From assembly GCA_018646625.1 (NCBI GenBank), contig JABGUJ010000002.1:288843-352842 (forward strand): a DNA stretch of 64,000 nt, written 5' to 3'. The notes beneath the pieces are model-generated. The model ran no database searches, was not told where the DNA came from, and saw only the letters and a list, made by a program, of their open reading frames with translations. Shown piece after piece: positions 18,917-28,712 of the stretch. The position numbers were made by a program, and so were the translations under genes. The stretch comes from Candidatus Woesearchaeota archaeon (GTDB lineage: Archaea > Nanobdellota > Nanobdellia > Woesearchaeales > JABGUJ01). The stretch's first letter is position 1. Each line of letters starts with the position of its first letter.

Positions 18917-21333
18917 TTAGGATTAACTCCCAATTTCTTTTCAGTTTCTGCAATTGCTAAAGTTGTTCTTACAACTGTGTCAGGATTAAGACTCATAGAT
19001 TGTATGCCAGCTTCAACTAAGAATTCAGCAAAGTCAATATGGTCAGAAGGACCTTGACCGCAGATTCCTATGTACTTGCCTTTCTCGTTCGCAACATCAA
19101 TCACTTGTTTGATTAATCTCTTGACTGCGTCGTTTCGTTCATCGTAGATGTCAGCAATTATTTCAGAATCTCTATCGCAAGCTAAAGTGAATTGCGTTAA
19201 ATCATTTGAGCCAATACTAAATCCGTCAAAAATTTCTAAGAATTGATCTGCTAAGATAACATTTGAAGGAACTTCACACATGCCAATAACTCGCAAACCA
19301 TTTTCATGATGCTTTAGTCCATGCTGTGCCATGACGTCAATAACTTTCTTCGCTTCATCTACAGTTCTGCAGATAGGAATCATAACTTCAAGGTTGGTTA
19401 GGCCAAATTCTTCTCTAACTTTCTTTATTGCTTTACACTCTAGGCCAAACGCGTCTTTGTAACCTTCTTTGTAGTATCGAGATGCGCCCCTCCAACCAAT
19501 CATTGGATTGTCTTCAACAGGTTCGTAAGCTTTTCCTCCAAGAAGATTTGCATACTCATTGGATTTAAAGTCTGAGAATCTTAAGATGACAGTCTTGGGA
19601 TAGAATGAAGCAGCAATCATGGCCACACCTTGTGCTAGTTTGTCTACAAAGAATTCTGTTTTGTCTTCATATCCAGGACTTAGTGCTTCAATTTGTGATT
19701 TTAACTCTTCATCTTCAAGTTTATTAAAATCCATAAGTGCTCTTGGATGAACTTTAATGTAGGAGTTGATAATGAATTCTTCTCGAGCTAAACCAACACC
19801 TTGATTAGGTAAAAAACTAGCTTCAAAAGCTTGTTCAGGATTACCAAGGTTCATCATAATGTGTGTTTTTGTTTCGGGTAGAACTTTTAGATCAACCGTG
19901 TTAATTTCAAACTTAAGTTTGCCTTTGTAAACAAAACCAGTTTCTCCTTCAGCACAAGAAACAGTTATTTCATCACCGTCTTTAATATGCTGCGTACCTT
20001 GACCAGTACCAACAACACAAGGAATGCCTAACTCTCGAGAAATAATTGCAGCGTGACATGTTCGTCCGCCTCTGTTAGTTACAATGGCACCAGCAATTTT
20101 CATTATTGGTTCCCAATCAGGATCAGTCATGTCAGTAACAAGAACTTCGCCTTTTTTGAAATGGCCAATGTCTTTAACGTCTTTGATTATGTGTGCCTTA
20201 CCTTGGCCAATCTTTCGACCAACGGAATGACCTCGTATAAGAACGTCTCCTTTTTCTAATAATTTGAAATCTTCAAGTTTAGTATAATCTTTTTGACTCA
20301 TAACAGTTTCAGGACGAGCTTGCACGATGAAAAGTTCGTTTGTTTCTCCATCTTTTGCCCATTCCATATCCATAGGTTTAAAGTGACCAGCTTTGTTAGA
20401 ATAATGATCTTCAATAATACATGCCCACTTGGCTAACGTAAGAATTTCATCATCAGTTACAACAAACTTTCTTCTGTCTTCTTCAGGAACAGGAATGTTC
20501 TTTGTTGTTGCTTTACTGCCTTGAGTGTCATAAATCATCTTTATGGCTTTTTCGCCAACTTTTTTTTGCAATATTGGTCTAAAACCTTCCTTCAATTTTG
20601 GTTTGTAGACATAGTATTCATCAGGATTAACTGCTCCTTGAACTACATTTTCTCCTAAACCATATGCGCCAGTAATGAATGCAGCGTCTTTGAATCCTGA
20701 CTCAGTATCAATAGAGAACATAACACCGGAGCAAGCCAAGTCGCTTCTAACCATTTTCTGCACACCTATAGAGAGAGCGATTGAGAAGTGATCAAAGTTT
20801 TTGTCAACTCTGTATGAGATTGCTCGATTAGTAAATAATGATGCGAAACAATTTTTGCAAGCTTCAATTAATTGTTCAGGACCTTTAATGTTTAGATAAG
20901 TTTCTTGTTGACCTGCAAAGCTAGCATCAGGTAGATCCTCAGCAGTGGCAGAACTTCTTACAGCAACATCAGTGTGTTCTCCGTATTGTTTACACATGTG
21001 GCCATAAGCTTCAACGATTGCATCCTTTAGTTCTTTAGGAAAGTCTGCGTTTCGGATAACTTGCCTTACTTTATGTCCACGTTCTGCTAAGTTTGCCATA
21101 TCAGTAGTATCTAAATCTGATAATACCTCTTTGATATGTTCCCGGACTTCAGCTTTATCAAGAAGATAGCGGTATGCATAAGCGGTGACTGCAAATCCAT
21201 TTGGCACTTTAACTCCTTTACTGGATAATTCTTGGTACATCTCTCCAAGTGATGCATTCTTTCCACCCACTAGCGGAACGTCCTCTATACCAAGTTGATC
21301 AAACCATAGAATGAAATCTGTTTCTTTGTCCAA
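18913..21333 (-). CDS. ppsA: Phosphoenolpyruvate synthase
   Basis: VGGKNASLGEM, AVRSSATAEDLPDASFAGQQET, GGRTCHAAI, FSIGSNDLTQ; start moved to TTG 21333 after GAGGTGA. Confidence 0.96.
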   Translation of the reverse strand: MDKETDFILWFDQLGIEDVPLVGGKNASLGEMYQELSSKGVKVPNGFAVTAYAYRYLLDKAEVREHIKEVLSDLDTTDMANLAERGHKVRQVIRNADFPKELKDAIVEAYGHMCKQYGEHTDVAVRSSATAEDLPDASFAGQQETYLNIKGPEQLIEACKNCFASLFTNRAISYRVDKNFDHFSIALSIGVQKMVRSDLACSGVMFSIDTESGFKDAAFITGAYGLGENVVQGAVNPDEYYVYKPKLKEGFRPILQKKVGEKAIKMIYDTQGSKATTKNIPVPEEDRRKFVVTDDEILTLAKWACIIEDHYSNKAGHFKPMDMEWAKDGETNELFIVQARPETVMSQKDYTKLEDFKLLEKGDVLIRGHSVGRKIGQGKAHIIKDVKDIGHFKKGEVLVTDMTDPDWEPIMKIAGAIVTNRGGRTCHAAIISRELGIPCVVGTGQGTQHIKDGDEITVSCAEGETGFVYKGKLKFEINTVDLKVLPETKTHIMMNLGNPEQAFEASFLPNQGVGLAREEFIINSYIKVHPRALMDFNKLEDEELKSQIEALSPGYEDKTEFFVDKLAQGVAMIAASFYPKTVILRFSDFKSNEYANLLGGKAYEPVEDNPMIGWRGASRYYKEGYKDAFGLECKAIKKVREEFGLTNLEVMIPICRTVDEAKKVIDVMAQHGLKHHENGLRVIGMCEVPSNVILADQFLEIFDGFSIGSNDLTQFTLACDRDSEIIADIYDERNDAVKRLIKQVIDVANEKGKYIGICGQGPSDHIDFAEFLVEAGIQSMSLNPDTVVRTTLAIAETEKKLGVNPN

Positions 21334-21468
21334 AATCGTCACCTCTTTTATAAACGGGAATAGTTTAATCATGCTAAAGAGCGTATTTAAAGGTTTTTTA
21401 CTATTCGCGGATGGTTTTTTAAAAGATTTTGGTTAAAATTATATAGTTTGTTGATAGGTAAATGAAGC

Positions 21469-22281
21469 ATGAGCGAGTTGTTATGGATATCAGGGTTAAT
21501 TCTCGTTGTATTTATTGCAGTATTAGTGCTTTTGGGCTTTAAGCGCATGTTTAAAGTGTTGGCACTGTTGGTACTTTTGTTCATAATAATTGTTGGTGTA
21601 GGTGCTTTTGTGATTGGTAGTGACTTAATTGAAGTTAAGACATATATGGATCATGGTAAGAAGGTGTTTATCTATAATGATGGTGGTTTCTTATTAGGTG
21701 TTGACCCGGATGAATTGGGCAGCGAGAATGTTGAGGATAAACTTGAAGGAATATTTGATGCTGAAAAGTTATCTAAGTTAGAGAAGATATATAGAAATAA
21801 AAGAGATAGTACTGTTGCAGGCCAGAGATACCTTATGATAATTATGCATCGTTCATTCTTAGAAGAAAATCTTCCAGAGAATATTGAATTAGAGTTGTTT
21901 AACAGCGAAATGGGGGGAATGGGAAACATGATTGAGCTAAAGGTTGAATATTCAAAAGACTTCATATTGGATTTACTGAAATCAGATGAGTGCATGGATT
22001 TATTGATGAAAGAGAATTTTGGCGATAATATCCCTATGATGGCGAGAGGGGTTATCAAGTCCATTGTTCCAAGTTGTGAGACGCTAAGGCCTGGAATCTT
22101 TATGATGGCTATGCAAAGTATGGCTGAAGACGAAGATTCTTATGTTGATTTAATACTGTCAAATATAGAGTCCGGCAGAGTTAGTTTGTATCCTGAATTT
22201 ATGACATTTAAGCTACTAAAGATGTTACCTTTAGTTGATCTAAAGAATTTCATAGTGGAGCAAGGTGAGCAAAGAGCTTAA
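21469..22281 (+). CDS. Hypothetical membrane-anchored protein
   Basis: Two N-terminal hydrophobic helices then soluble domain. Confidence 0.65.
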   Translation: MSELLWISGLILVVFIAVLVLLGFKRMFKVLALLVLLFIIIVGVGAFVIGSDLIEVKTYMDHGKKVFIYNDGGFLLGVDPDELGSENVEDKLEGIFDAEKLSKLEKIYRNKRDSTVAGQRYLMIIMHRSFLEENLPENIELELFNSEMGGMGNMIELKVEYSKDFILDLLKSDECMDLLMKENFGDNIPMMARGVIKSIVPSCETLRPGIFMMAMQSMAEDEDSYVDLILSNIESGRVSLYPEFMTFKLLKMLPLVDLKNFIVEQGEQRA

Positions 22282-22313
22282 GAATAATTTTAAATATGTA
22301 ATGACCAAGTAGA

Positions 22314-22970
22314 TTGAAAAAGAGGTGTAATGTGAAGCTATTACCGGTAAAGGATGCTGAGAAATTGTTGAGGAAGTATAAGATTCCTTTTTCTGAGTCT
22401 ATTTTGTACATCCCAGGTAAGAGTCACAAGAATAAAATAAAAACGCCCGCGGTTGTTAAGATTGATTCTCCAGATGTAGTACATAAAAGCGATGTAGGTG
22501 GAGTGGTTTGCGGTGTTGATTCTATTAGTGCCTTGAAAAAAGCATGTGCGGAGATAACTTCTAATGTTAAAAGAAAATATCCTGATGCTAAGATTAATGG
22601 ATTTCAAATTCAGACTACTGAAAAAGGTCATGAATTGATAATTGGAATGAAGAAAGATCCTCAGTTTGGTCCTGTGTTGTTGTTTGGGTTGGGAGGAATA
22701 TTTGTAGAGTTGATGAAAGATTATGCTTTGAGAATTTGTCCAGTGGATAAGAAAGAAGCTTTGAGAATGATTGAGGATACCAAGGCCCATAAATTAATGC
22801 AAGGTTTGCGAGGCCAGAAACCTAGTAACTTTGAAGCTGTTGTTGACATTATAATTAAATTATCAAAGATGGTTATGAAAGAAAAGAATATTGAACAGAT
22901 TGACTTTAATCCTGTGATTGTTAATGAACATGTTGCAAAAGTAGTAGATGCAAGGATATTAGTAAAATGA
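22314..22970 (+). CDS. acdB: Acetate-CoA ligase (ADP-forming), beta (ATP-grasp) subunit
   Basis: KIDSPDVVHKSDVGGV, ELIIG...DPQFGP.LLFGLGGIFVE, DFNPV, VDARI. Confidence 0.9.
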   Translation: MKKRCNVKLLPVKDAEKLLRKYKIPFSESILYIPGKSHKNKIKTPAVVKIDSPDVVHKSDVGGVVCGVDSISALKKACAEITSNVKRKYPDAKINGFQIQTTEKGHELIIGMKKDPQFGPVLLFGLGGIFVELMKDYALRICPVDKKEALRMIEDTKAHKLMQGLRGQKPSNFEAVVDIIIKLSKMVMKEKNIEQIDFNPVIVNEHVAKVVDARILVK

Positions 22971-24361
22971 TAAAAGATGTTTTTTATCCAAGAAGTGTTG
23001 CTGTAATAGGCGCATCCAGAAAAGAAAAATCTGTGGGTTATGATGTTCTTAAAAGTTTATTGAAAGGTGGAGTGTTTAATAGTAAATACAATAAGCCATT
23101 TACAGGTGCTGTTTATCCTGTTAATCCAAAAGCAAAAGCAATATTGGGAAAACAATGTTATAGTTCTGTAAGAGAAATCCCTGGTAGAGTTGACTTGGCA
23201 ATCATTTGTGTTCCTGCTTCTTTAGTGCCGTTAATTGTCAAAGAGTGTTGTGATAAAAAAGTTGGAGCGAGTGTAATAATTTCTGCAGGCTTTGGCGAAT
23301 TGGGTAAAGAAGGTAAGGAAGTTCAAGAAAGAATGACCCGAATGGCACGCAAGGCAGGGATGCGTTTAGTTGGGCCAAATTGTTTAGGTGTTATTAATAC
23401 AGATAATAATATGAGCGCAAGTTTTGCTCCTGCAATGCCTCCCAAAGGTAATGTTGCACTAGTTAGTCAGTCAGGTGCTTTAATTGATAGTATTGTTGAC
23501 TGGTCTATACAAAATGATTATGGGTTTAGTAAGATTGTTAGTGTAGGTAACTCTGCAGATTTAGATGTTAGTGATTATATTGAATATCTCGGGGGAGATA
23601 AACATACGAAGAGTATTGCACTTTACTTAGAAGGTCTTACCGATGGTCAGAGATTTATGAAGGTATGTAAAAAGGTTGGTAAGAAAAAACCTATTGTGGT
23701 ATTGAAGGCGGGAAGAACGCAGAAAGGAATACATGCAGTTAGTTCTCATACAGGAAGTTTAGCTGGAGGGTATGACGTGTTCAAGGCGGCTTGCGCACAG
23801 TCAGGTGTAACGGTTGCCAACTCAGTTGATGGATTGTTTAATTGTGCATATAGTTTGGCCCATCTTACTCCTGCGAAAAATCGAAATATTGGAATAATAA
23901 CTAATGGTGGCGGAGCTGGTGTATTGTGTGCAGATTATTGTACGGAGAGAGGATTAGATGTTGTTGATTTAGATGAGTCTACGATGAAGAAATTAGATGC
24001 TACAGGAAAGATGCATCCGGCGTATTCAAGAGCTAATCCATTGGACATAGTAGGAGACGCATTACCTGAGAGATATAATGCGGCGATAAATGTTTTAATG
24101 AAAGAAAAGTATATTTCAGGATTAATAATTATACAAACTCTGCAAGCGATGTCAGATCCATTAGAAGATGCAAAGATTGTTGTTAAAGCGCACAAGAAAT
24201 ATCCTAATAAGCCAATCGTTTGTTGTTTTATGGGTGGGGTGTTTTCATATGAAGGCATTGCATATTTGAGGGAGCACGGAATTCCTAACTTTAATGATCC
24301 TATTAATGCGGCAAGAGCTATGAGGGCTTTAGTAGATAGGAAAGAGTATCTGGAAAGATGA
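22967..24361 (+). CDS. acdA: Acetate-CoA ligase (ADP-forming), alpha subunit
   Basis: PRSVAVIGAS, GPNCLG, SQSGA, SHTGSLAG phospho-His motif, NPLDIVGDA. Confidence 0.93.
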   Translation: MIKDVFYPRSVAVIGASRKEKSVGYDVLKSLLKGGVFNSKYNKPFTGAVYPVNPKAKAILGKQCYSSVREIPGRVDLAIICVPASLVPLIVKECCDKKVGASVIISAGFGELGKEGKEVQERMTRMARKAGMRLVGPNCLGVINTDNNMSASFAPAMPPKGNVALVSQSGALIDSIVDWSIQNDYGFSKIVSVGNSADLDVSDYIEYLGGDKHTKSIALYLEGLTDGQRFMKVCKKVGKKKPIVVLKAGRTQKGIHAVSSHTGSLAGGYDVFKAACAQSGVTVANSVDGLFNCAYSLAHLTPAKNRNIGIITNGGGAGVLCADYCTERGLDVVDLDESTMKKLDATGKMHPAYSRANPLDIVGDALPERYNAAINVLMKEKYISGLIIIQTLQAMSDPLEDAKIVVKAHKKYPNKPIVCCFMGGVFSYEGIAYLREHGIPNFNDPINAARAMRALVDRKEYLER

Positions 24362-25461
24362 AAGAGTTAAAATTCAAGCACAAGGAAAGGATTGAACGTA
24401 GTTATCATGTTGTTGTTGGTCGAGATTTAAAAGAACATATTGCTTCTGAGTTTATTGAATTGAAGTGCAAATATTTTATTGTAACAGATAATGTTGTTAA
24501 GAAGATTTGTGCAGAGAGATTGTATAACTATCTTAAGGAAAAGAATGTTTCCGTTGAGATGATTGTTTTAGATAATGGTGAAAAGACTAAGTCGGTTGAG
24601 TCGTTCGGTAAATTGAGTGAGGAATTATATTCTAAGGGCGCAGATAATAGTAGCTGCATTGTTGCAATTGGTGGAGGCGTGATAGGAGATTTAGCAGGTT
24701 TTGTCGCATCATCTTATCTTGGAGGAGTGAAGTTGGTTCATGTCCCTACGACTTTATTAGCTTGCGTAGATAGTGCATTAAGTCCAAAGAATACAATCAA
24801 TCTGTCTTCAGCTAAAAACTACATTTATTCAGAGAAGCATGCAGATAGAATTTATATTGATCTGGATCATCTTGAAACTCTACCACGTACAGAAGTGTCT
24901 AGCGGCGTAGCGGAGATAATTAAATTTGGTTTAATCTGGGATAAAGGTTTGTTTAAGTATTTGGAGAAGAATTCTGAAGATATCTTATTCATGGACGAAA
25001 AGCACATTATTAAGTTAATTGAATGGGCAGTAAATGTAAATGATAAGGTTCATTCTAGTCACGATAAAAGAATTCTTTTAGCTTTGGGTCATACGGTTGG
25101 TCATGCGTTGGAAAGTTTAACTGGTTTTAAGAAATTACGTCATGGTGAAGCCGTTGCTATTGGTATTGTTGCATGTGCTTATTTGTGTCGACATGTGCGT
25201 TATTTGTTTAAAGGTGAATTGGATAGGATTGTTAATGTTGTTAAGGCGTATAAGTTACCTTACAAGTTACCTTCAGGTGTTAAAGCAAAAGATGTAGTTG
25301 CTGCAATGCGTAAGGATTCTAAGTGTTGTGATAACCGATTAGAAATGGTTTTGTTGAAGTCAATTGGAAGTGCAAAGCATAAAGGTGGTTATTTGATTGA
25401 AATTTCTGAAGAAGCCTTGTTGCAAGCTTTTACCGACATGGAGAAAGAAGATATTAAGTGA
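24358..25461 (+). CDS. 3-dehydroquinate synthase / sugar-phosphate cyclase family, divergent
   Basis: GE..KS, GGGVIGDLAGF, PTTLLACVDS, AEIIK, GHTVGHALE, HGEAVAIG. Confidence 0.8.
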   Translation: MKELKFKHKERIERSYHVVVGRDLKEHIASEFIELKCKYFIVTDNVVKKICAERLYNYLKEKNVSVEMIVLDNGEKTKSVESFGKLSEELYSKGADNSSCIVAIGGGVIGDLAGFVASSYLGGVKLVHVPTTLLACVDSALSPKNTINLSSAKNYIYSEKHADRIYIDLDHLETLPRTEVSSGVAEIIKFGLIWDKGLFKYLEKNSEDILFMDEKHIIKLIEWAVNVNDKVHSSHDKRILLALGHTVGHALESLTGFKKLRHGEAVAIGIVACAYLCRHVRYLFKGELDRIVNVVKAYKLPYKLPSGVKAKDVVAAMRKDSKCCDNRLEMVLLKSIGSAKHKGGYLIEISEEALLQAFTDMEKEDIK

Positions 25462-26193
25462 TTATTTCTTAGCTTTTTTCCAGAGAATTTCAAAGTTTTT
25501 CTTGTAACTTTCTACAACTGCTTTGTTTTCTATTAGCAAAGCGTAAGGATCTTCTGTGAAAATAACAATTGCAACGTGGTTTCCACAAATTACTGTCTCT
25601 GTTAATTGTTCAAATTCTTGTGAAAGGAATCTTACTTCTGATCTGGGTCTTTTTCTTAATGTTTCTCCAAAGTCTCTTATAGATTCGTCAAAAACTTGTC
25701 TTGAAGGAAGTTTCTTTGCGATTCTTTTTGTGTGTAGGTTTTTCCACCAATGTTCACCCATGACTTCATAACAAACTTGTTTACCTCCACCGTATGTGAG
25801 ATATTCATTTCCTTTAGAACTTAGAAGTTTGGTGTATACTTCATTGATACCTCTGATTCCCTTGTAGATTGTTGCGGCATTGCTTTCTTGTGCAAAACTT
25901 TGTTTTTGTTTTAGCTCAGGTAAAAGTTGATGGAAACGTTTTCTTTTATCATCAATAAAGTCATCAAAATTTTCCGGATCGGTTGCTTGGTATACTTTGT
26001 GCTTGCCATGCATTATGTAACTAACAAGTCCTTTCTCAATTAGACTGTTGAGCGCTCTGTGAACAACAGAATTCTGAAGTTTTGATTTGTCTAAGATAGA
26101 ACCTGCAGTAGTTGAGCCAAGTTCTAATAGTGCAACGTAAATTGATATTTCGGCCCTTGTTAAGCCTAAATCTTCTAAAATCGATGTATCCAT
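25462..26193 (-). CDS. TrmB-family transcriptional regulator (cassette 3)
   Basis: MDTSILEDLGLT.AEI.IY.ALLELG, LQNSVVH..L..LIEKGLV; start moved to ATG 26193. Confidence 0.88.
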   Translation of the reverse strand: MDTSILEDLGLTRAEISIYVALLELGSTTAGSILDKSKLQNSVVHRALNSLIEKGLVSYIMHGKHKVYQATDPENFDDFIDDKRKRFHQLLPELKQKQSFAQESNAATIYKGIRGINEVYTKLLSSKGNEYLTYGGGKQVCYEVMGEHWWKNLHTKRIAKKLPSRQVFDESIRDFGETLRKRPRSEVRFLSQEFEQLTETVICGNHVAIVIFTEDPYALLIENKAVVESYKKNFEILWKKAKK

Positions 26194-26300
26194 GACTTGT
26201 AAAGGGATAATGGAGTATTTAAGTCTTGTCATTGTAGTCTCAATTGAGAGGATAAATATTGATATACTCAGCTTAGACCACTAACTTGTAACGAACTACC

Positions 26301-27428
26301 ATGTTGGAGGTGGATAGAATGAATAAATTAATGATAGTAGTTTTAACTCTCACGATTATATTATTAGTTGGATGCGGAGGGGAAACTATAACTGGAAATG
26401 TTGTAAATGAACCAATTAAGATTGGTGTTATGACTATGACAACAGGAGATGTTGCATTTCTTGGACAGAACATTGTGAAGAGTGCAGAGTTGGCGGTAGA
26501 AGAATTAGAGTATGATAATGTTGAATTGATTATTGCAGATGTTGGTAATCTAGGAGAAGGGCGAAATACTGTAGCAGCATACAGAAAGTTAGTTGATGTT
26601 GATAAGGTCGAGATAATCATCGATGGAATGTTATCTGATGGAACGATGGCTGTTGCCCCATTATTGGATCAAGATGAAGTGGTTATGATTACTCCGTTAA
26701 CAGGTGGAGAGAATATTGATAATGCCGCAGAGTATTTGTTTCGAAACGGACCTTCGGATATTATTGCAGGAACAAAACCAGCCAAACAATTGTTAGAATT
26801 TGGCTTTGAGAATGTTGCACTATATACAGACAATGCAGAGTATACTCTAGATATCAGAAAACATTTTGTTTCAAGCTTTAGAGGAAAGATTGTTGTAGAT
26901 GAAGTAATTATTCCAGATAAATCAGATTATCGAGGAGAATTGAGTAAGATCACAAACGAAGTGGATGCGATTGTTATTAATACAGCCACAGGAATGTCTG
27001 CGCCTCATATGATAAAACAACTTTATGAACTAGGTAATGAGAAACCAATTTTTGTTAATTTCTTAGCGTTTAATGATAATGCGTTAGAGATTGCAGGTAA
27101 TGCTCTTGAAAATGTTTATGTATATGATCCTGAGTTTGATGAGACATCCAGTCTTACTACTATGTTTTTCTCCCAATATGAGAAGAAATATGGTGTTAAG
27201 TCAAACATACCGTTTCATGCAACAGGAACATATGATGCAATAAGAATGAGTGTTGAGGCTGTTGAGAAAGTAGGATATGATGGCAAGAAAGTGCACGACT
27301 ATCTGCTTGAGAATGTACAAGGTTGGCAAGGAATGAACGGAGTAGTGACTTTTGATGAAAAAGGAAATACTCAGACTGGCTTTGTGTTAAAACAGGTACG
27401 AAATGGTGAATTAGTTATGGCTGAATAA
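26301..27428 (+). CDS. LivJ/LivK-type ABC substrate-binding lipoprotein (cassette 3)
   Basis: Lipobox LVGC; IKIGV...TGD.A.LG, YLFR..PSD, DYR..L.KI, YDA, GMNG.VTFD. Confidence 0.85.
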   Translation: MLEVDRMNKLMIVVLTLTIILLVGCGGETITGNVVNEPIKIGVMTMTTGDVAFLGQNIVKSAELAVEELEYDNVELIIADVGNLGEGRNTVAAYRKLVDVDKVEIIIDGMLSDGTMAVAPLLDQDEVVMITPLTGGENIDNAAEYLFRNGPSDIIAGTKPAKQLLEFGFENVALYTDNAEYTLDIRKHFVSSFRGKIVVDEVIIPDKSDYRGELSKITNEVDAIVINTATGMSAPHMIKQLYELGNEKPIFVNFLAFNDNALEIAGNALENVYVYDPEFDETSSLTTMFFSQYEKKYGVKSNIPFHATGTYDAIRMSVEAVEKVGYDGKKVHDYLLENVQGWQGMNGVVTFDEKGNTQTGFVLKQVRNGELVMAE

Positions 27429-27483
27429 GCCATTTCTTCTTATTTTCAAAGATTTTAAAAATGAGGTGGTGCTTCTTTAGATT

Positions 27484-28101
27484 ATGAGTGTGATATATTT
27501 TGCTACAGGAAATAAAGCGAAGCTTGAGCAATTGAAATATATATGTAGAAAATACTCTCCCAAGTCTGAGGTTGTTTCTTTAAAACATCTACATGGCGAG
27601 GAAGCAGAGTATGAAGAAATTGGTGAGAGTGCAGAAGAAATTGCAGTACAAGGTGCAGAATATCTCTTTTCTAAATTTAAAGTTCCTTTAGTTACTGAAG
27701 ATTCTATTATTGAAGTAGACTCGCTAGGCGGCAGACCTGGGTTGAGATCTCACAAGTATCTTAAGGATAATGGCAGAGCAGGTTTAATTAAAGAACTAAA
27801 GGATGAAGAAAATCGAACTGCGAGAATCACATCAGTTGTTGTGTATAAAGATGAAAATAATCTTAAAGTTTTCAAGAATGTTGTAGAAGGCAAAATAGCA
27901 AAAGAAGAAAGTTGGAGAGAAGATGCAACACTGTGGATTGGTCCAGTAGAACACGAGTTTGGAGGGGGCTTTAATTCGCATTTTATCGCAAATAGTTGTC
28001 CTGACAAAACTTTAGCAGACATGACTCCTGAAGAAGGTATAGAGTATGGTTATAGAGAGAAGAATTTTATTGAGTTGTTAGAATTTCTTAAGAATCAATA
28101 G
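27484..28101 (+). CDS. Non-canonical purine NTP pyrophosphatase (HAM1/RdgB family), divergent
   Basis: YFATGNKAK, TEDS..EVD.LGG.PG..S, VEG.I, KTLA.M. Confidence 0.8.
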   Translation: MSVIYFATGNKAKLEQLKYICRKYSPKSEVVSLKHLHGEEAEYEEIGESAEEIAVQGAEYLFSKFKVPLVTEDSIIEVDSLGGRPGLRSHKYLKDNGRAGLIKELKDEENRTARITSVVVYKDENNLKVFKNVVEGKIAKEESWREDATLWIGPVEHEFGGGFNSHFIANSCPDKTLADMTPEEGIEYGYREKNFIELLEFLKNQ

Positions 28102-28711
28102 GTCATTGCAGACTGTGTGAAGAGCAACAATATTATTCCTATTGCAACCATAACACCATAGATTATTTTATTCCAGCGCAATATTTTCTTACCGTCAAAC
28201 ATTCCAAAGGGGATCATGTTAAACAAAGCTAACCAAGTGTTAATAGTTGCGCCGTAGACAGAAGCGATCTTTAAGAATGGCATAGGCACTAAGAAGAACA
28301 AAGCTATGAATACTAGAGTTAATATTAAATTTGCAATAGGCCGGCTGCAGAGATAATGCCGTTCTGTTTCTTGTTAATGTGTCCATGAATAAGAACCGCG
28401 CCAGGTGCTGCAAATATGAAACCAGTGAAGGCAAGAACTATTGCAAGAATTAACATTTTGTCGTCGGAACGAAACTCTGCCGCGCATTTGTACTTTTGTG
28501 CTACTACTTTGTGCGCCAGCTCATGTAATAAGAAACCCAGACCGACGGTTATTGCAGCCATTAGAAAGATTATTATGAATCCTAATGAGAACTTTAAACC
28601 AGCTAAAGCAATTGAGAAAGCCAATGAAATGGCCGCCCATGATTTTAGTAATGCAATTAACTCGATGTTCGATGTGTTAATTCCCGCAAACCAATATGTC
28701 TTATAACGCAT
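28095..28711 (-). pseudogene. Site-2 protease (M50) family membrane metalloprotease split by a single-base frameshift near 28340
   Basis: HELAH in the 5' ORF and N..LA.FNMIP....DG in the 3' ORF; adding one C to GGC CTA gives ISAAGPIANL and joins the frames. Confidence 0.8.
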
Positions 28712-28712
28712 T

